Below, piece by piece: positions 22,918-37,100 of a stretch of DNA of 64,000 nt (positions are counted from its first letter, which is position 1; every line of letters begins with the position of its first letter). The DNA lies in NCBI GenBank assembly GCA_039545335.1, contig BCIN01000010.1:329804-393803 (forward strand), read 5' to 3'. Made by a program: the position numbers and the translations under genes. This stretch comes from Kondoa subrosea (taxonomy: Eukaryota). The notes beneath the pieces are model-generated. The model was not told the origin of the DNA. It saw only the letters and a list, made by a program, of their open reading frames with translations, and did no database searches.

Positions 22918-25854
22918 TCGTTTGCGCGACAGCATCTTTGTTATAATATGCTATTTCGGTACGATCAAGAGTGCTTTAAAGTACTTTTTGGTTTATCGGT
23001 TTAGCCTAATTTTGGCAATCTTACTTAGCCAGCGGATCTTGATTTCTAGTTGTTCGATCTTTTTCTACCCCATACTTTGTCGTTCCACTGATACTGCGTT
23101 TGCAGAACGCTCCTGACGGGAGGTTGATAGATATCATTGCTTCCGCTGTGTTGAACTTACAGTTGCGATCCAAAAATTCACAGATACTTTGTTCCAAGCT
23201 TTTCCGAAAATAAAAGCATAAAAATATTCCTGTTTCTAATGCTCATGCCCCGCCCGCGGACAGATTGTTGCGGCGAAAGTTTCCATCATTTTTGCTCATT
23301 GTACCCCTCAAGGTATCAAGACAAGATTGACTTTCAAGAAACTAGACAGAATTCTTTCTCGCTTCGCTCCCCGCGAAATTTTAAATCACCCCTGTGCTCG
23401 ACATTGCAGTCTCTTCGGCAACGGAAGAGTTCCGGGCTGGAAACAATACGGTTCGCCACAACATAGCTCACTCGTCCTTCGTAAAGGGATGGGTTGTTGT
23501 TTGGACAGCTGTTCCGCAGCTTGAGACGCTAAACAGCATTTCAGTTCTGCATGACCAGCCAATGATTGCTGTACGTAGCTCAGTGTCCCTCAAACTATCT
23601 GACGGACTAGTATAGTAAAGAATGATGGTCTTCAGAAGCTTCGTCCCGATCCATGAAATCAACTTATTTCTCCTTTCATACATCATGTAATCGTCAATTC
23701 AGGAGTCTTTTTTCTTCTCCCCTGGACATGGGATTGGTGAATATGATATACTCTCACTCGTTTGGCTGCGAGCTGTTATCTAGGAATCTCCTCTCTGTGC
23801 CTCGGCCCATATTCGACTAGCTAAGAAAATGCAAGCTTGGAGCCAATCTCCTGAGATATCATATTTGAGCTTCGACGAGGTAGAAAGAGATAGGAAAGGT
23901 TTGCAATCAGACACCAACACGGAGGTGATCTGAACCTTCGCGAGAAGCGAAGTCAAAATTGCGAAGAAGAATTTCTGCCTGTCCTGTTGAAATTGAATTA
24001 ATTGAATTTTGTCTTGTTGCAACGAGGGTTCACAGAATTCCTTATAGCGAAGTTCACTGTCGCTAGCGAGCATTAGAATTCTTTTTCGCTTTTTCGCCTT
24101 CGCTTTTTCCGAAGGCTTACTGCTACTGCTGCACCCTTCGAGGAAAGAACATGTCGCTTCTGCAACGCTGCACTAGAATCCGAAGAGCACCTAATACTTG
24201 AATGCCTGTCTGAAACAATATATGAACTGCAGCGGCCGCTCATTACGCATGCTCAAGCACAATCAAAATTAACCAACAACACCAACACCCTGTCTACTCT
24301 CATCGAGGTGCTGTAAATGTCTGGCATACGTAAATCTGAACATACAACGTTAGATCAACAAGCTTGAACGAGGAAAAGAGAACGAGCGCCCAAACTTGGA
24401 AGAACGGACAGATAATGGGACTAGGCACTGCATGAAGAGCGTCAAGATCTGGAGTATGAGGATTTAGAAGTAGATTGGACAGCCACGCTAGCTATCATCA
24501 GCACTATTGATAAATCATCACCTGCGACACATCCAATGAGTACTGAGGGCGTCGGCGTAGCAGTTGCACTGCGCGACGCGGTCGTTAACTTATAACTGAA
24601 CTGAACTGAAGGCTTAAATCAACCCTAGGCAACGTAATAAGCTGACTTACCCGTCCGCCACGACTCTCCATCGATTTCTGTTCTTTGACCCACACCTTCG
24701 CTCGCAAGCGACCATCTTCACCTCCACCTTCAAATTTCCTATTCACGTAGGAAGCTCCCTCATAGGTCATGATCACGAATTCAAAACCAACAAGAGACCG
24801 AAGTGTATCAGTGGCTTGGCTTGCATTGAGCCTACCTCAACCCACTCACACATATCACATACCACTGTCTATCTATCGTGATGTCTGCAATTTTCTTGAT
24901 ATTCACTTTAGTGACCCGCTATGTTTTTATTGTATAAACTCTCGCTAACTTTTTATGATTAAAACCGACTGCGTAAACTTCTGCTACTTTACTGCACTCT
25001 GTATGTTCGTTCCTCCTTTCGGTGACACGTCTCTCTGTTCCTCCTTGGAAACGCATGCATAAGAACGCAGAGCTTAAAGAAGACATATGCACCCGCTCGT
25101 ATTTTCAGCACTACTTCGTTGCGATCTACACATTCATGTGAATACTGCAAACGCCAGCGAGAATTTCTTTTGAACAAAGCCCCGATAATGTATTGTGCTC
25201 TCCTGGAAGACATTGGATGGTATCACGCATGTTTGATGGCTCGCTCGCATGTTACAACGGGCTTTCAAGAGATAATGCCGAGTGGAAAGGCCTCGACTCC
25301 CTGACGAGATTTTGCTTCTTCCTGCTTGATGAATCCACTTTGGAGCACCTGTTGCTGCAAGTGCAGTAAGTATCGGATGACAACGCTATTTGCAAGATGA
25401 ATTAGAAAAGGGGAAGAGATATCTTCAGACGGCTGTTCTTAGTATTAGGTTTGTGTCTGCAGCGATCGCGTGGACCATCAGTCTTAGCATAGAATATAGT
25501 GTAAAGTGTTTCATCACGAGATGGAGAACAAGAAATGGGCGTGAAGAGAAGATTGCAGAAGACTGACATCTTCACGGTTTTCCACATAGGAGGAAGCTTC
25601 GCAGTTGTTAATAAACACGGGCCTATGAACATTGGAGTCAGCATTTGTATTATTGACGCAACTTCATGATGAACAGAGGGAAAAGGATCAGAATCGCAAT
25701 TGTTTGGCTATGCATCTGTCTCTCGCTCATGAATCCCTCTGCCCTCTCAAAGAGCAAGCAAAGGGTTTACAATATCAGACTGGGGCGACAACTTTTTCTC
25801 TTCTTATCCGAGAAGGAAACAAAGAAGAGGAAATACAAACACGAGGGACTTACT

Positions 25855-27232
25855 CTATTGGAATGTTTGTGCTCTGTATAGTATTGCAGGATGTCTGATG
25901 TCTTCCTGGCAATGTATCAACTGAAGTTCCATACACCTTAGTCGAGCAACGCGATCCTCCGGACTTTCGGTACTTGACGGTATGAGACTGAGTGTTGGTG
26001 GAGCTAGAGCTTTCGCCACAGCTTGAGTCTTGCGTATGATCGCACTCAGAGATCCAATGACCGATTCGGCTGTCGAGGCCAAGGGTGAAATGGGATGGAT
26101 AGAATTGCCTAAATCGAGGTGTGCTAAGGTCAAAGCGGAAAAGGTATCGCCCACACCTGCTTCGCCCACAGTCAGATATGCACGTCATCTAACGCAAGAG
26201 AGACTTGCCCTCGTAATGTTCCGGATATTCTGGAAACATGATGAAAAAAGCCGTATCTTTCCCTTCCAATGACCGCGAAGAGCCAGCACAGATAAGGCTG
26301 AGCCCTGCAGCTGTTGAAGATACTATCTGAGAGCCAGCGAGCGCCTCTGGCGGTATGATAGCTGAAGAGATAAGAACATGCGGCAAAGAATATATATCGT
26401 GAAAGGTGCGGAGCGCTTGACGCAAAGAAGACAGCGACCTGATCTTGATACCACTGAAAAGTTCCGCTTCGAATTGATTAGGTGTGATCACGGTCGCTTT
26501 ACAGATGAGTTCTTTATAACGAGGAATCACCTCGGGCGAAACCTGATACCGACTTAGCCAAAGTCCGGCTAGCTGTTCAAGGAGAAAGAACCCACATACA
26601 AGCGATTGTCGTCGCCGCATACTGGGTCGAGGACATAGATCAGACCGGAGTTGATTTCTCGTAACCGGTCTACTATTTTACTGATGGCGACTAATGATTC
26701 GGCTGAAGGAGTATAACCTGATGGAACAAGTTCAGAGCACAATATGCAACATCAATGCCACGGAAGTCTTACCGCTGAGGATGTGCGAATGTCTGAGCAG
26801 ACCATTGGCATCAAGCGAGTCGAAAATTTCCGTCAAGTGTGCTGCGTCGGATTTCGATCCGCCCCAACGCCCGTAACCTGTGCTGGAACCACGCACTTAG
26901 CGAAGCAAGCAAATGAGTCAAAGAGATCCCTTACTGATTTGAAAATTGGACTAGCAATATGATTCTTTAGGCCTGCATTCTGTGCAGCAGGGTCTGCACC
27001 GACCTGTATTGATTACATCTGTCTCAAATTCTAAGAGCTTGCCTGGCATAAATCAGCATGCAGCTCAGGAGTGAGTAGGGCATTCGCAGCTCACATTCAA
27101 AGCGAACATGGCGCACTTGTTACCAACATAACCGCTCGTCACAAACGACTCTGGCGCAGGGTGAGCTTGAGCTGTCAGTGACAGTTACAGATGGTGTAAC
27201 TCACGGATAGACAGCACTCGCTTTTCTGACAT
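25855..27232 (-). CDS. BUD16: Pyridoxal kinase (BUD16/PdxK family)
   Basis: RVLSI..GYVGNK, YVLDP, ITPNQFEAELFSG and GVGDTFSAL motifs; many short exons. Confidence 0.9.
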
Positions 27233-27305
27233 TTGAAAATTCTTACGTCGTGGGTACGGAAAGAGAAAAGTGTCGGAGCTATCATCAGCTGCAGCCAAGT
27301 GCGAC

Positions 27306-29033
27306 ATGGGCAAACGAAAAGCGGCGCCTGAAGCATCTATACCAGACTTCCTTGCTACTGAGGAAAGAGACGAGGCGTTGGATGCCCTCTTCACAAAGAC
27401 CTATCAGGTATTCAGCTACTTTACGCCCCGCTGTACCAGGTCTGATTTGTGCTTTTAGGCCCCCTTGAGCAAACCTACGCCTGTGCCTAAGGAAGCTGTT
27501 TCGTCACAGCCGAACATTGTAGCGAGCAAGAAACGCAAAACTCAGGACGCACGATCTCAATCTGTAGAGCTTGACGAAGTCCATAAGGCTAAGAAGGCTG
27601 CTAAGAGATTCAAAGTTACTCAAAGCGGACTGGACAAGCCATCAAGAGCGGTTGACTCTGCTAGTGAAGACTCTGAACTGCACGATGCTGCAGCAGATGC
27701 TGCAGATGCTCAAGATGAAGCTGAGGCATTGGCCGCGCAGTCTGACGAAGATCTGACAGAACCTGTCACTCACGAAAGCATCTCATCGGCATCATCGCGA
27801 TTGAATGAAGACTCCGTCTTGCGAGATGCTCGAACAGCCTTCATTGGCAATTTACCTCTTTCCGCTGCGACTTCAAAAAGCTTGCGCAAGTCTCTTCTTT
27901 CCCATTTGGCCTCCAGAATCCCTTTGCATAAAATCGAGTCTATTCGTTTCCGCTCTCTTCCTCTTGCCAACACAAATCCGGTAGAAAAGAAACCAGTAGA
28001 GCCCAATCATTCTCGGAAACGGGCCCAAACATGGGCAGAGACATCTTTAAGGAAAGGCGGCAGCAAAACAGATTTGAATCCCCATACTGTTTCGAAGGAT
28101 GACAACGAAACTCAAGAAGCGCCCACAGTTTTTCAAACGTTGGCCCAGAAGCGAAAAGTGGCTTTCATCACTGGCGATCATTTGTTAGACGCTAGCAAAG
28201 TGACTGGAGCAAGTTGTACAGCATATTTAGTGCTACCATCCGCTGGCGCAGTTCAAGATCTCATTGACTCCGCTGATGGATCGATATGGGAAGAGAGAAC
28301 TTTGAGGATAGACAAAGTTGCAAAAACGGTTAAAGGATGGGAAGAAGAAAAACGAACTGTGTTCATCGGTGGATTGGCGTTCGAAGAAGGTGAAGAGTCC
28401 CTGAGAAAGTGGATGGAGGCGACTTTGCAAAAAGAGAAAGGCGAGGAGGATGGTGGGTGGGTTCAAAGAGTGCGAATCATCAAGGACAAGCAGACTGGGC
28501 TCGGAAAGGGCTTCGCTTATATTCTGTTCAAGGTACGCAAGTTTCCTTTTTCCCTGCTGTAGAACATACTAGATTACCGCTTCTAGGACCGCGAATGCGT
28601 AGACGAGGTGCTTGCCTTGGATCCTGCCCAGTGCAAGATGGACAAGCGCAAGCTTCGCTTCGAGCGATGCAAAAATGCCGCTAAGTTGGAAGCGCTGAAG
28701 AAAATAGCGGAACGCAAAGAACAATTGGGCGCAAAGACCAATTCGACAAAGAAAGCTAATTACAACAAAGACGCTGCACCCAGTCGAAAGAAGAAAGCAA
28801 CCGCCGATTTAGGCAAGGAGTTGGAAGGCAAACCCAAAGAGGAACGTAAAGCCATCAAGTCAGCAGATGTGGATCGAGTCCAACGCAGATTAGAGAAGAA
28901 ACAAGCGAAAGCGCAAGAATTGAAACGTCTCAGTCGCAAGAAGCAGCATTCCGAAGCTGCTTTGCTCAGAAAAGCGGCATCTCGAGTCAAGACCGTCTCA
29001 TCCAAGGGAGCGCACAAGGGAGCGAAAGCGTGA
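27306..29033 (+). CDS. NOP12: Nucleolar RRM protein Nop12
   Basis: RRM1 (RTAFIGNLP..IESIRFRS), RRM2 (VFIGGLAF..VRIIKDKQTGLGKGFAYILF) and a basic tail. Confidence 0.9.
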
Positions 29034-29154
29034 CTGCTTGTATAGCATTCAGGGGAGATTCACACAGCATAGAGCTTCACGGCTACTCGACACAGAATTC
29101 GAATGTAAACAAAACAAACAGCGTGTTCTCTTTACTTCTTCTTCAACGATAGTC

Positions 29155-32100
29155 ATGCCAAATCCAGGGTGGCAGTCTCTGTTTCCAGCACTGAGCGAAG
29201 AATGGCCTTCGCCGCAACCAGCTGCAGGCGATGATTCACCACCCGCCGCGCGAAATACTGGCAAAGGAAGTCTTGATTTTGGATCCATGGTCATTAGGGA
29301 TACCCTCGTGGAGCGCGTTCCCATCTCTAGACCAGCATCTAGGGCATCTAGCGCTTCGGGAACTCTCCTTGTGAAAGCCGGAACAACAACAACTTCAGGC
29401 AGCATGATACAGCAGCAGCAACAGGCCAATGACGGTTTGGCTTTGGCTGCTGCATTGATGGGGAACAAAGATCTTTTGGTCGATCAGAACGATGCAACCA
29501 TACCAGCAGCAAAGGACCGAACAGCGGAAAACCCAGTTTCAGCGGTTTCCAGCAGTTCTCTCACGCTCATGTCGATCTTCGATCCACCACACAGTGCTAG
29601 ACCTCTGTCAGGTACAGCGACACGGTCTTGCTTTTGCTGAGTATCACTAAGCGTCACTGCAGGTAAATCACGACACAGCTCTGCTCCAGCACTAGAACCT
29701 TTGCTGGAAGAAACATCAGAAGCCGAACGGGCTGAAGCTGATCCATCATCTGTGAAACACGTTCCTTCGGACTTGCAGCGCGACTTCACCTTCTCTTTTC
29801 CTCGGAAGCGCACATCTTGGAAAGATCTGCCTCATTTCGGTCAGAAACCGCAGTTGCCGCAAGGCGAACCAGTACTCATAGCTAAATCAGCCCTTCAAGC
29901 GGATGAAGCAAGTCAGGCAAGACAAACATCTTCTGTTTCTACATCATCTCAACAATCTAGTCCTTCGCCTAGAATGTCAACTAAACCCTCGTCCTCAGCT
30001 GCTGGTACTGATATGGCTCCAGAAGAGCGCCCGTTGTCTCTTTTCCAATTCACTTACGACACTTACACGCGAGATCATCTCGAGGCTTTGGTGGAAGAAA
30101 TTGACAGTCTGCATACAGCATCGGAAGAGCAGTCACCTCGTTCTGAGCAAGAAGAAGCTCAAGAGGTGATCTGGGAAGGTATATCGGAAGAACCAAAAAG
30201 TGAAGAAGACCGCCCTATATATCGCAGTTCGAAGCGTATACGCTTATCGCCTGCCAATGATAGGCATCAACGAAGCTCCTTCCATACTCTTGTTCCGGCT
30301 ACTCCACGTTCAGTCGTAAGAGATCGAATTCGAGAAAGGCGAAGCATGCCACAGTTTCAGCAAAGTTTTCCTATCGCGCAAGGGCCAACCGTTCGGTCAA
30401 TTCTTTCTTTTCCCACAGTAGCTACAAGTTCTTCCGCATCATCAGTACCGATCTACCTACAGCCAGAAACTCCTCGACCCGCCTCCGCCGATCCTATACA
30501 AAATCGGTTGTCGGAAGCCCAAGCATTGATGAACCGGATCAAACAGCACGCCCCGAGAGGGTCGCTTTCCAGCTTTGGCAACTCTTCGTCCGCAGCCTCT
30601 TCTTCCGCGAATCGCCCGTGCATAGACAACAGCGACGTGTCTCGGGCTACTCCCGAAACAGAGCTAAGGTCCCCCCCAAGTGCTCAGGCTTTCGTAGTCG
30701 GTACAACATCAGAATCACCACAACGATTCGTCTATCTGCCACATAGTCAACCTGGACCTTCCTCTACCTGTCGAAGTGGTACATCTGGCAGCGGTACAAT
30801 CAAGCAGCAAGGCAGCACAATGTCAAGTCAAGCTACCGTTAGTACTCGCCTGAGTAGCCATCAGAGTCTGCCTAAAGCGCATTCGCACGGACTTCCTGCT
30901 CTATTTCCCGATAATCAACAGCATCAAAACCACGATAAGAGCATCTCGATGCCTTCGCTTCCGCTCTGCGCATCCTCAACCCATTTCGACACTTCTTCAA
31001 CAAACGCTCGTCTCACGGCAAAGCCTGAACTTAAATCTGGTTTCGATACTACAAGTAGCCATTCGCAGAACTCCCACACATCTGCCCCCTCGAACATGTC
31101 GCAAAGCAGACCCGGATTGACAACCATCGCACCGCAAGATATCCAACATCTTCTGCAATCTACCCAAGGCAAAATGGTATACGACGCATCAAATAACAGA
31201 TGGGTGAAAACGGCTTCTGCCAGTGTGCTACAATTACCGACCGCCTCTAATTATCAACAAGAGCATGATTGTGACCTGGTGTTGGAACGGAGCAGTGACG
31301 ATGATCCGTTCAAAGATATCGAAAGCTTTGCAAGTAAAACCAACGAATCGCCGGACTCCGAGAAGTTCAGTAATGATCGTCCGCAAGGGTCTGCTGCGCA
31401 ACTGCTCATGGAAGAGACGGCTGCGAAACGTCTGTCACTCAATGGCGATTCTCGTCGCACGCATCAAGCGGGAGACGAGGAGATTTCGCAGGACGCGGAC
31501 AATGAGGATGAGCGATCCGAGTCGCTCGACCACTCGGAGGACAATACACAAGAGTTCAGCCCTGAAGATCTTGCGGAGCAAGAGTTTGAGCTGGACGATC
31601 AAGCACCTTTGGCACTTTTTGCGGCGATGAACGACCTCTCTTATCGCTCTGATATACCAGCACAATCACCATCACACGAACCAATGATAGACGGACCAGC
31701 AATCTCAGTCCTTGCGCCTGTGATGGATGCAACAGCACCCAGAATTAGTCCTTATATTTCTACCTTCAATGGGAAAACACAACAACGAGCTTTCTCCGAT
31801 CCTATGTCTACGCCAGGATCACTCATTAGACCTCGTTCTGTTCTAAAAAATCGAAGTGATACAATGCTTGCAACTCCTCAGGAAAGGCAATCAATTTGTT
31901 CGGAGCAAAAGAATCGATCTGTCAGTTTTCAAAATGATCGAAAGACAGGCATAATCTCTACACAGAGGCGCTTGACATCACCTCCGGATGAGGTTCCAAA
32001 CATCGCTCGCAAAGGAAGCACCCTGAAGTTCGAGATACGAAGCGAAAGCGATACGCAAGAATGGAATGCCGACAAAGAAATTGCGGATGCCACATCTGTA

Positions 32101-34054
32101 GACCTACGTTCGACGCGTAGTCTCGATGCTTCGGACGCCCTCCACGACTCAGGTAATGTTGTCTCCGAGCTTTGACTTCTTAATCTCGCTCATTGCCCTC
32201 AGATCGAACACTTGGTCGCGAGAAGCCCGCAGTTATCAACATTAAAAGCACACAAGCTACCAGGGAATGCACAACAAGAACCAGCAATCGGGCAGCCTCT
32301 TTCATAAAAACCAAAGATCCATTCCGGAGCAGCGGTAACCTTGCCAATGCTACCTTTTTGACTGAATGTTCCTTTGGAGTTGCGCAAGACAAGCTCGTGC
32401 AACTCATTACCGATGTAGAACCGTACGAACCGTGCTGGGAAGACTTACGATCGATAAATCTATCCAACAAGGCAGCAGAAAGCTTAGTCCGACTCAAAGA
32501 GTTCCTGCCAAACTTAGATGAAGCTGATCTGTCAGTACTTATACTCCATTAGTAGTTGTGACTGACTGCTTATTCCTCGCCTAGATCCCACAATGAGATT
32601 GCCTACTTGACAGGGATTCCAACCTGTGTTAGGACTCTTCTCTTGGGAAGGAATCGCCTGACCAGCCTGACCTCTTTTGGCCACCTGCGTCACCTCGAGC
32701 GTCTGGATATTAGTGATAACCAGCTCGATTCAGTAACTCGTATGTTCATTTGCATTACCCTTCTCCTGTGACTCACAGACGTGCAGAACTCGCCTGTTTG
32801 GTGCACCTGCGCGAGATCAACCTGGACAACAACTGCATCACAAGCATTGAAGGTCTCTCGAGAATAGATGGTCTGATAAAAGTCAGCTTGAAAGGCAACA
32901 AACTTACAACTGTCGATTTCTCGAAGACTGCTTGGGTACGGCTTGAATCACTGAATATGTCATCAAACCAAATCCATTGCTTGTCCGCACCTGAATGTCT
33001 GTCGAGTTGTATCTCTCTTAATCTGGGTGAGGTTCACTGTACTGCCTCAATGCCACGCTTACATATCCACAGATCACAATTGCCTTCGAAGCATTGGCGG
33101 ATCAACTCTTATGTCAAAGCTGCGCATATTACGCTTGTGCAGCAACCCGCTCGAATCCATCGACTTGGCGACATTCGCCAACATTCGGAGTCTTCTGCTG
33201 GACAACGCATCTCTGAGTAGGCTCGACAGTCTGTCACAGCTCAAAAAGCTCGAAAATTTCAGCGTCAGGCATCAAACAGGGCATCGCATGTAAGCTTCGG
33301 CATGCACAAACTCGGGCTTGCTGAAACCTTGACTCTATAGACAATTGGAGTCTCGCACTTTGCGGGACTTAAGAAGGCTGTATTTTAGCGGAAACAAACT
33401 GCCAAGGTCTTTTCCCGCAAATCAATACTACAACCTCGTCTGTCTTGAATTGGCAATGTGCCAACTTTCTGCATTGCCCGAAAATTTCGCGTCTCTCATA
33501 CCGAATTGTCGCTCACTCAATCTCAATCACAATTTCCTTGAAGATTTGGCACCGCTTTGCGGCTTGCAGCTATTGAAGCACCTGACAGTCGTGGGCTGCC
33601 GAATAGAAGAGCCCAAATCACTCTCAACAACCCTGGAAGGGCTTCCAGAGCTCAAAAGGCTCGACTTAAGGTGAGCTTCGCACGAGCTTCCATCTATATA
33701 CTTGTTTATACCGAGCATAGGATGAACCCTCTCACTTTGGCTTTCTATCCACTACTCACTATCTCTCCTGAGAAACGTCAAGTGTATAATGGTTCAGCGT
33801 ACATTTGGCCTGGTGATCATGCATCTCAATTTTCGGAGCAAGAGACGGCAAATTGGCAACTCTGCGACATAGCATTCCGCAAGATGCTGCCAGACCGATG
33901 GTACTTACGTCGAGCTGCATATCGGGGGGCTTTGATGAAAGCCTGTCCTTCGTTGGACTGCATTGATGGTCTGAATGTTGAAACCGCAGAGCGGAGAAGC
34001 AAGATCCTGGAATTGCTCAAATATATGCCATGTAAATTAAAAGGCGATGTGTAA
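29155..34054 (+). CDS. NUD1: SIN/MEN spindle-pole-body scaffold LRR protein (Nud1/Cdc11-like)
   Basis: Long disordered N-terminus, then NATFLTECSFGVAQDKLVQLITDVEPYEPCWEDL, multiple LRRs and an LRR cap (RRAAYRGALMKACPSL..IDG). Confidence 0.8.
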
Positions 34055-34172
34055 TGTACTAATGATAGCCGGGGCATCTGGTCGAATGTCGACGAGTATA
34101 TGAACTTGTGAAACTGCAAAAATCAACAACGCTACTTCCCAACGAGCGTTTTATACCCAAACTTGTGTGTGT

Positions 34173-37100
34173 AATGGCACACCGAGGGCCTCAAAGACAG
34201 TACGACAGAAGTCTGGGTAAACAATCGCCCTTCCAGACGGACTCAAGGCAAACTAGAACAATTTGGAGAACAGGACCTGGAACCGCTACTGTTCCTCCAG
34301 CTCGCTTTGATCAAAGTTATAGACCAAGCAGCCCTGTCGCTACTGTCCCTTCGCAATCATTTGGTTCGAGGAATCAAGATTGGAGAGATCGGAATGAAAC
34401 TGGTCCTACATACACTGAGAGGCAATGGTTGGCAGATAATGGATCAGCTGCAAAGCGTCTGCGTATGAATGAGTAGGAGGCTGCATTCGCCGAATTTTGT
34501 TACGGTTTGCTCATCTTCCTTTTAGCAATTACACTAGACCTCAGCAGGAAGTATCGTCCGCTAATTTCAGGCGCTCTCGCTCTCGGTCTGCATCTCCTGC
34601 GCCATCAACGCATTCAAAACATTCCGAGCGACCTGAAAGCAGTAGATCTGCACCCCAAAGCGGCTATCGAATTGCAGACATTCCTCCACCAACTGCTGCA
34701 TACGAGCCACCCACTCGTTCGCTCTACGACACAAGTGGGCGATTCGGTCGGCCACTTAACGCAGCCAAATCATCCTTCCAACCCGCTAGACCTGGCAACG
34801 ATCCTTACAGACCTGTGTATCCTATTCCATCAACTCGCTTGCCAGCATCGCGATACAATGAGTCATCTAATATGGCAAATCCCCACGTGTGGCCAGCTCG
34901 ACCAATCGCTCGACCTTTCTCTCCTCCCGTTCAGCCTTTCTCCACCGATTACGACGACACTCTGTTTCGATCCGAGCAAGTAGACGACTGGTTTGAAAAT
35001 GGACAAAGCTCGGATACACCAAGTCAAGAGGATCCTGCTGGCCCAGACGAATTTCTCCATCGAAGGACCTTTGTAGCTAAGCCTCTTCAATCCACCACAA
35101 CGAGACCGTTGGTCACCACAACAAATGCTCCAGCTCTATTGCAGAAAGTCCCGCTCTTGGAAGCCCGTCCCGAGAGTCCTGAAGAAGGTGAAGAACCGGA
35201 AGAAGGAGAGGAGCTCGAGGAGGGAGAAGACGTCGACATGGCCACACTACCACAATCTCATGCTACAGCACAAGATCGTACGACGGTATCTGTCGAAGAT
35301 ATAGTCCACATCGCGGTGGACGACAAGAGCCTACCAAGTGAGGATGGCATAGTAATTCGCCCAGATGAAGTCAAAGAGATGCCCGGGCATGTTGATGAGC
35401 AAGCTCGCACTACTTCGACTTTTCACACCGAAGCCTCAGTCAGACCGACATCAGAAACACATTCTACTATCGAAAATTGCCCAGCCAACAGTCTAGATGT
35501 TGCGATCGGCGCAATTGATACTCCTGCTGAGATTCTCGACATTCAAAAAACTACGGCTGCCGCATTCCCAATTTCTTCGCCAGCAGGATGCGAATCAGTG
35601 CAAGCTCCGATATCTTTTGAACAAGTCTTGAGATCTGTAGCAGCTACCTCTGTGCAAAGCGAGCCCACATCGCATGATCAATTTGGACGTACTTCATTCA
35701 CCCCAACAAGACCCGTGGCACCGCCCCTGAGCGGTCCTTCACAAGCTACTTTAGATGTACATGAGGCAATGCGGTCCTTCTTGGAGCACAACTTTGACCA
35801 GCAGGCGATGCGGAGAGAACGGCGACAAGAAGTTATCAAGGCAGACTATCGCGAGCTGGATCAAGAGTGGAAAGCTCATGTTGAGAGGATGGAAAAGATA
35901 GGGGAAAGGCATCAACGCAAACCGATCTCGCATCATCGTCAGTTGGGCCCGGGAACACTTTCCGCAATGGGCGTTATGGCGCCTACAACGCCTATCGGGG
36001 ACGCTCGTGTGGGTCTACTGCATGAAGATGCGTCAACATCGGCTACTCGTGGTCTACATTCAAGCGCCATTAGTACACCTGGCCCTTACTTGAACCGATC
36101 CAGTCGCCGAAATGCAAACAGCGGCATGCATGGTGACGCCGTGCGTTCTGAAGCAGAATTTCTCGAAATTTTGGCTAGTCTCGAAAATGCCGATATGCAA
36201 GATCCCGCTATGAGGGCAAAAAGAACAGCGGCCATCGTTCCCGATATCGTCACGGACGAAACCGAGCTGCTGAATCTCAAATTTCGCAACGAAAACTCAT
36301 TGGTCGTCAATCCGGCAGAATTCTATGGCATCAGCGAGAATTCAGCAATTCGAAATGATCCGAATGCAGTTCAGTGGTCAGATGTAGAGGTGGAAATCTT
36401 TTGCAAACGTTATGCCTCGTATCCCAAACAATTTGGCAAGATCGCGACCTATCTGCCGGACAAGAATACGCAGCAATGCATCTTGTTCTATTACCGCACC
36501 AAGAGATCTATTGACTTCAGACGACTTGCTGACGGAAGAACTCGTGATGGGCGTAAACGTAAAACCAAGCTCGCCAGTACTAATAAGGGATCTATGTTGC
36601 TGTCCAATCTGCATCGCGCTAAATCAAACGAAGACCATTCGCCCCCTCCGAGTCCGCGGCTCTCTTCCGCAAGAGGCTTCTTGGCCGCTGCACACGAACA
36701 AACCGCTGAATCCGGCTTTAATTCGCACAGAAACCAGATCAGTCTCGCGCCACCTCCCAAAGCCAGCAGGAAAGATCGTTTCAAAGCCATAGATCCGCCT
36801 TCAGAAGGCATGTTAGACGCTGCGGCTACCCTGGCAGCCTTGACTGGTGAACATCCTCCGTCGCAGCAAGTCGCAAGTGACTTGCATGATTCTGCTACCA
36901 ACAGATCTATCAAGGCAGCAAGCGAAGCAGAAGAAACAGAGTATAATGTCGCGAAGGAAAGCAACAACAGACGAAGGTCGGGCCAAGCTTCTTCCTACTG
37001 GTCAGACTTTGAGAAGCAAGACTTTATCCGGCTCCTAGGCGTACACGGACGAGATTATCCCAGCATTGCTCTGAATCTGCCTAATAAGACAGCCAGCCAG

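Larger units (their letters stand above)
11860..25800. other. Gene-free, retroelement-relic block; candidate regional centromere
   Basis: About 14 kb with no intact recognisable gene, in a window where genes are otherwise mostly a few hundred bp apart or less. All LTR/copia relics seen in the window fall inside it. Confidence 0.6.

Noticed and set aside
22767..22925. 8-bp near-duplication TGGTTTGC/TCGTTTGC suggesting a hAT-type MITE
   Set aside because: Two other copies show 5-bp TSDs, and the TG..CA ends fit LTR elements better. Not fully excluded.
29049..37038. Many antisense or alternative-frame ORFs in the ORF track
   Set aside because: They are shadows of long real exons with no recognisable motifs.
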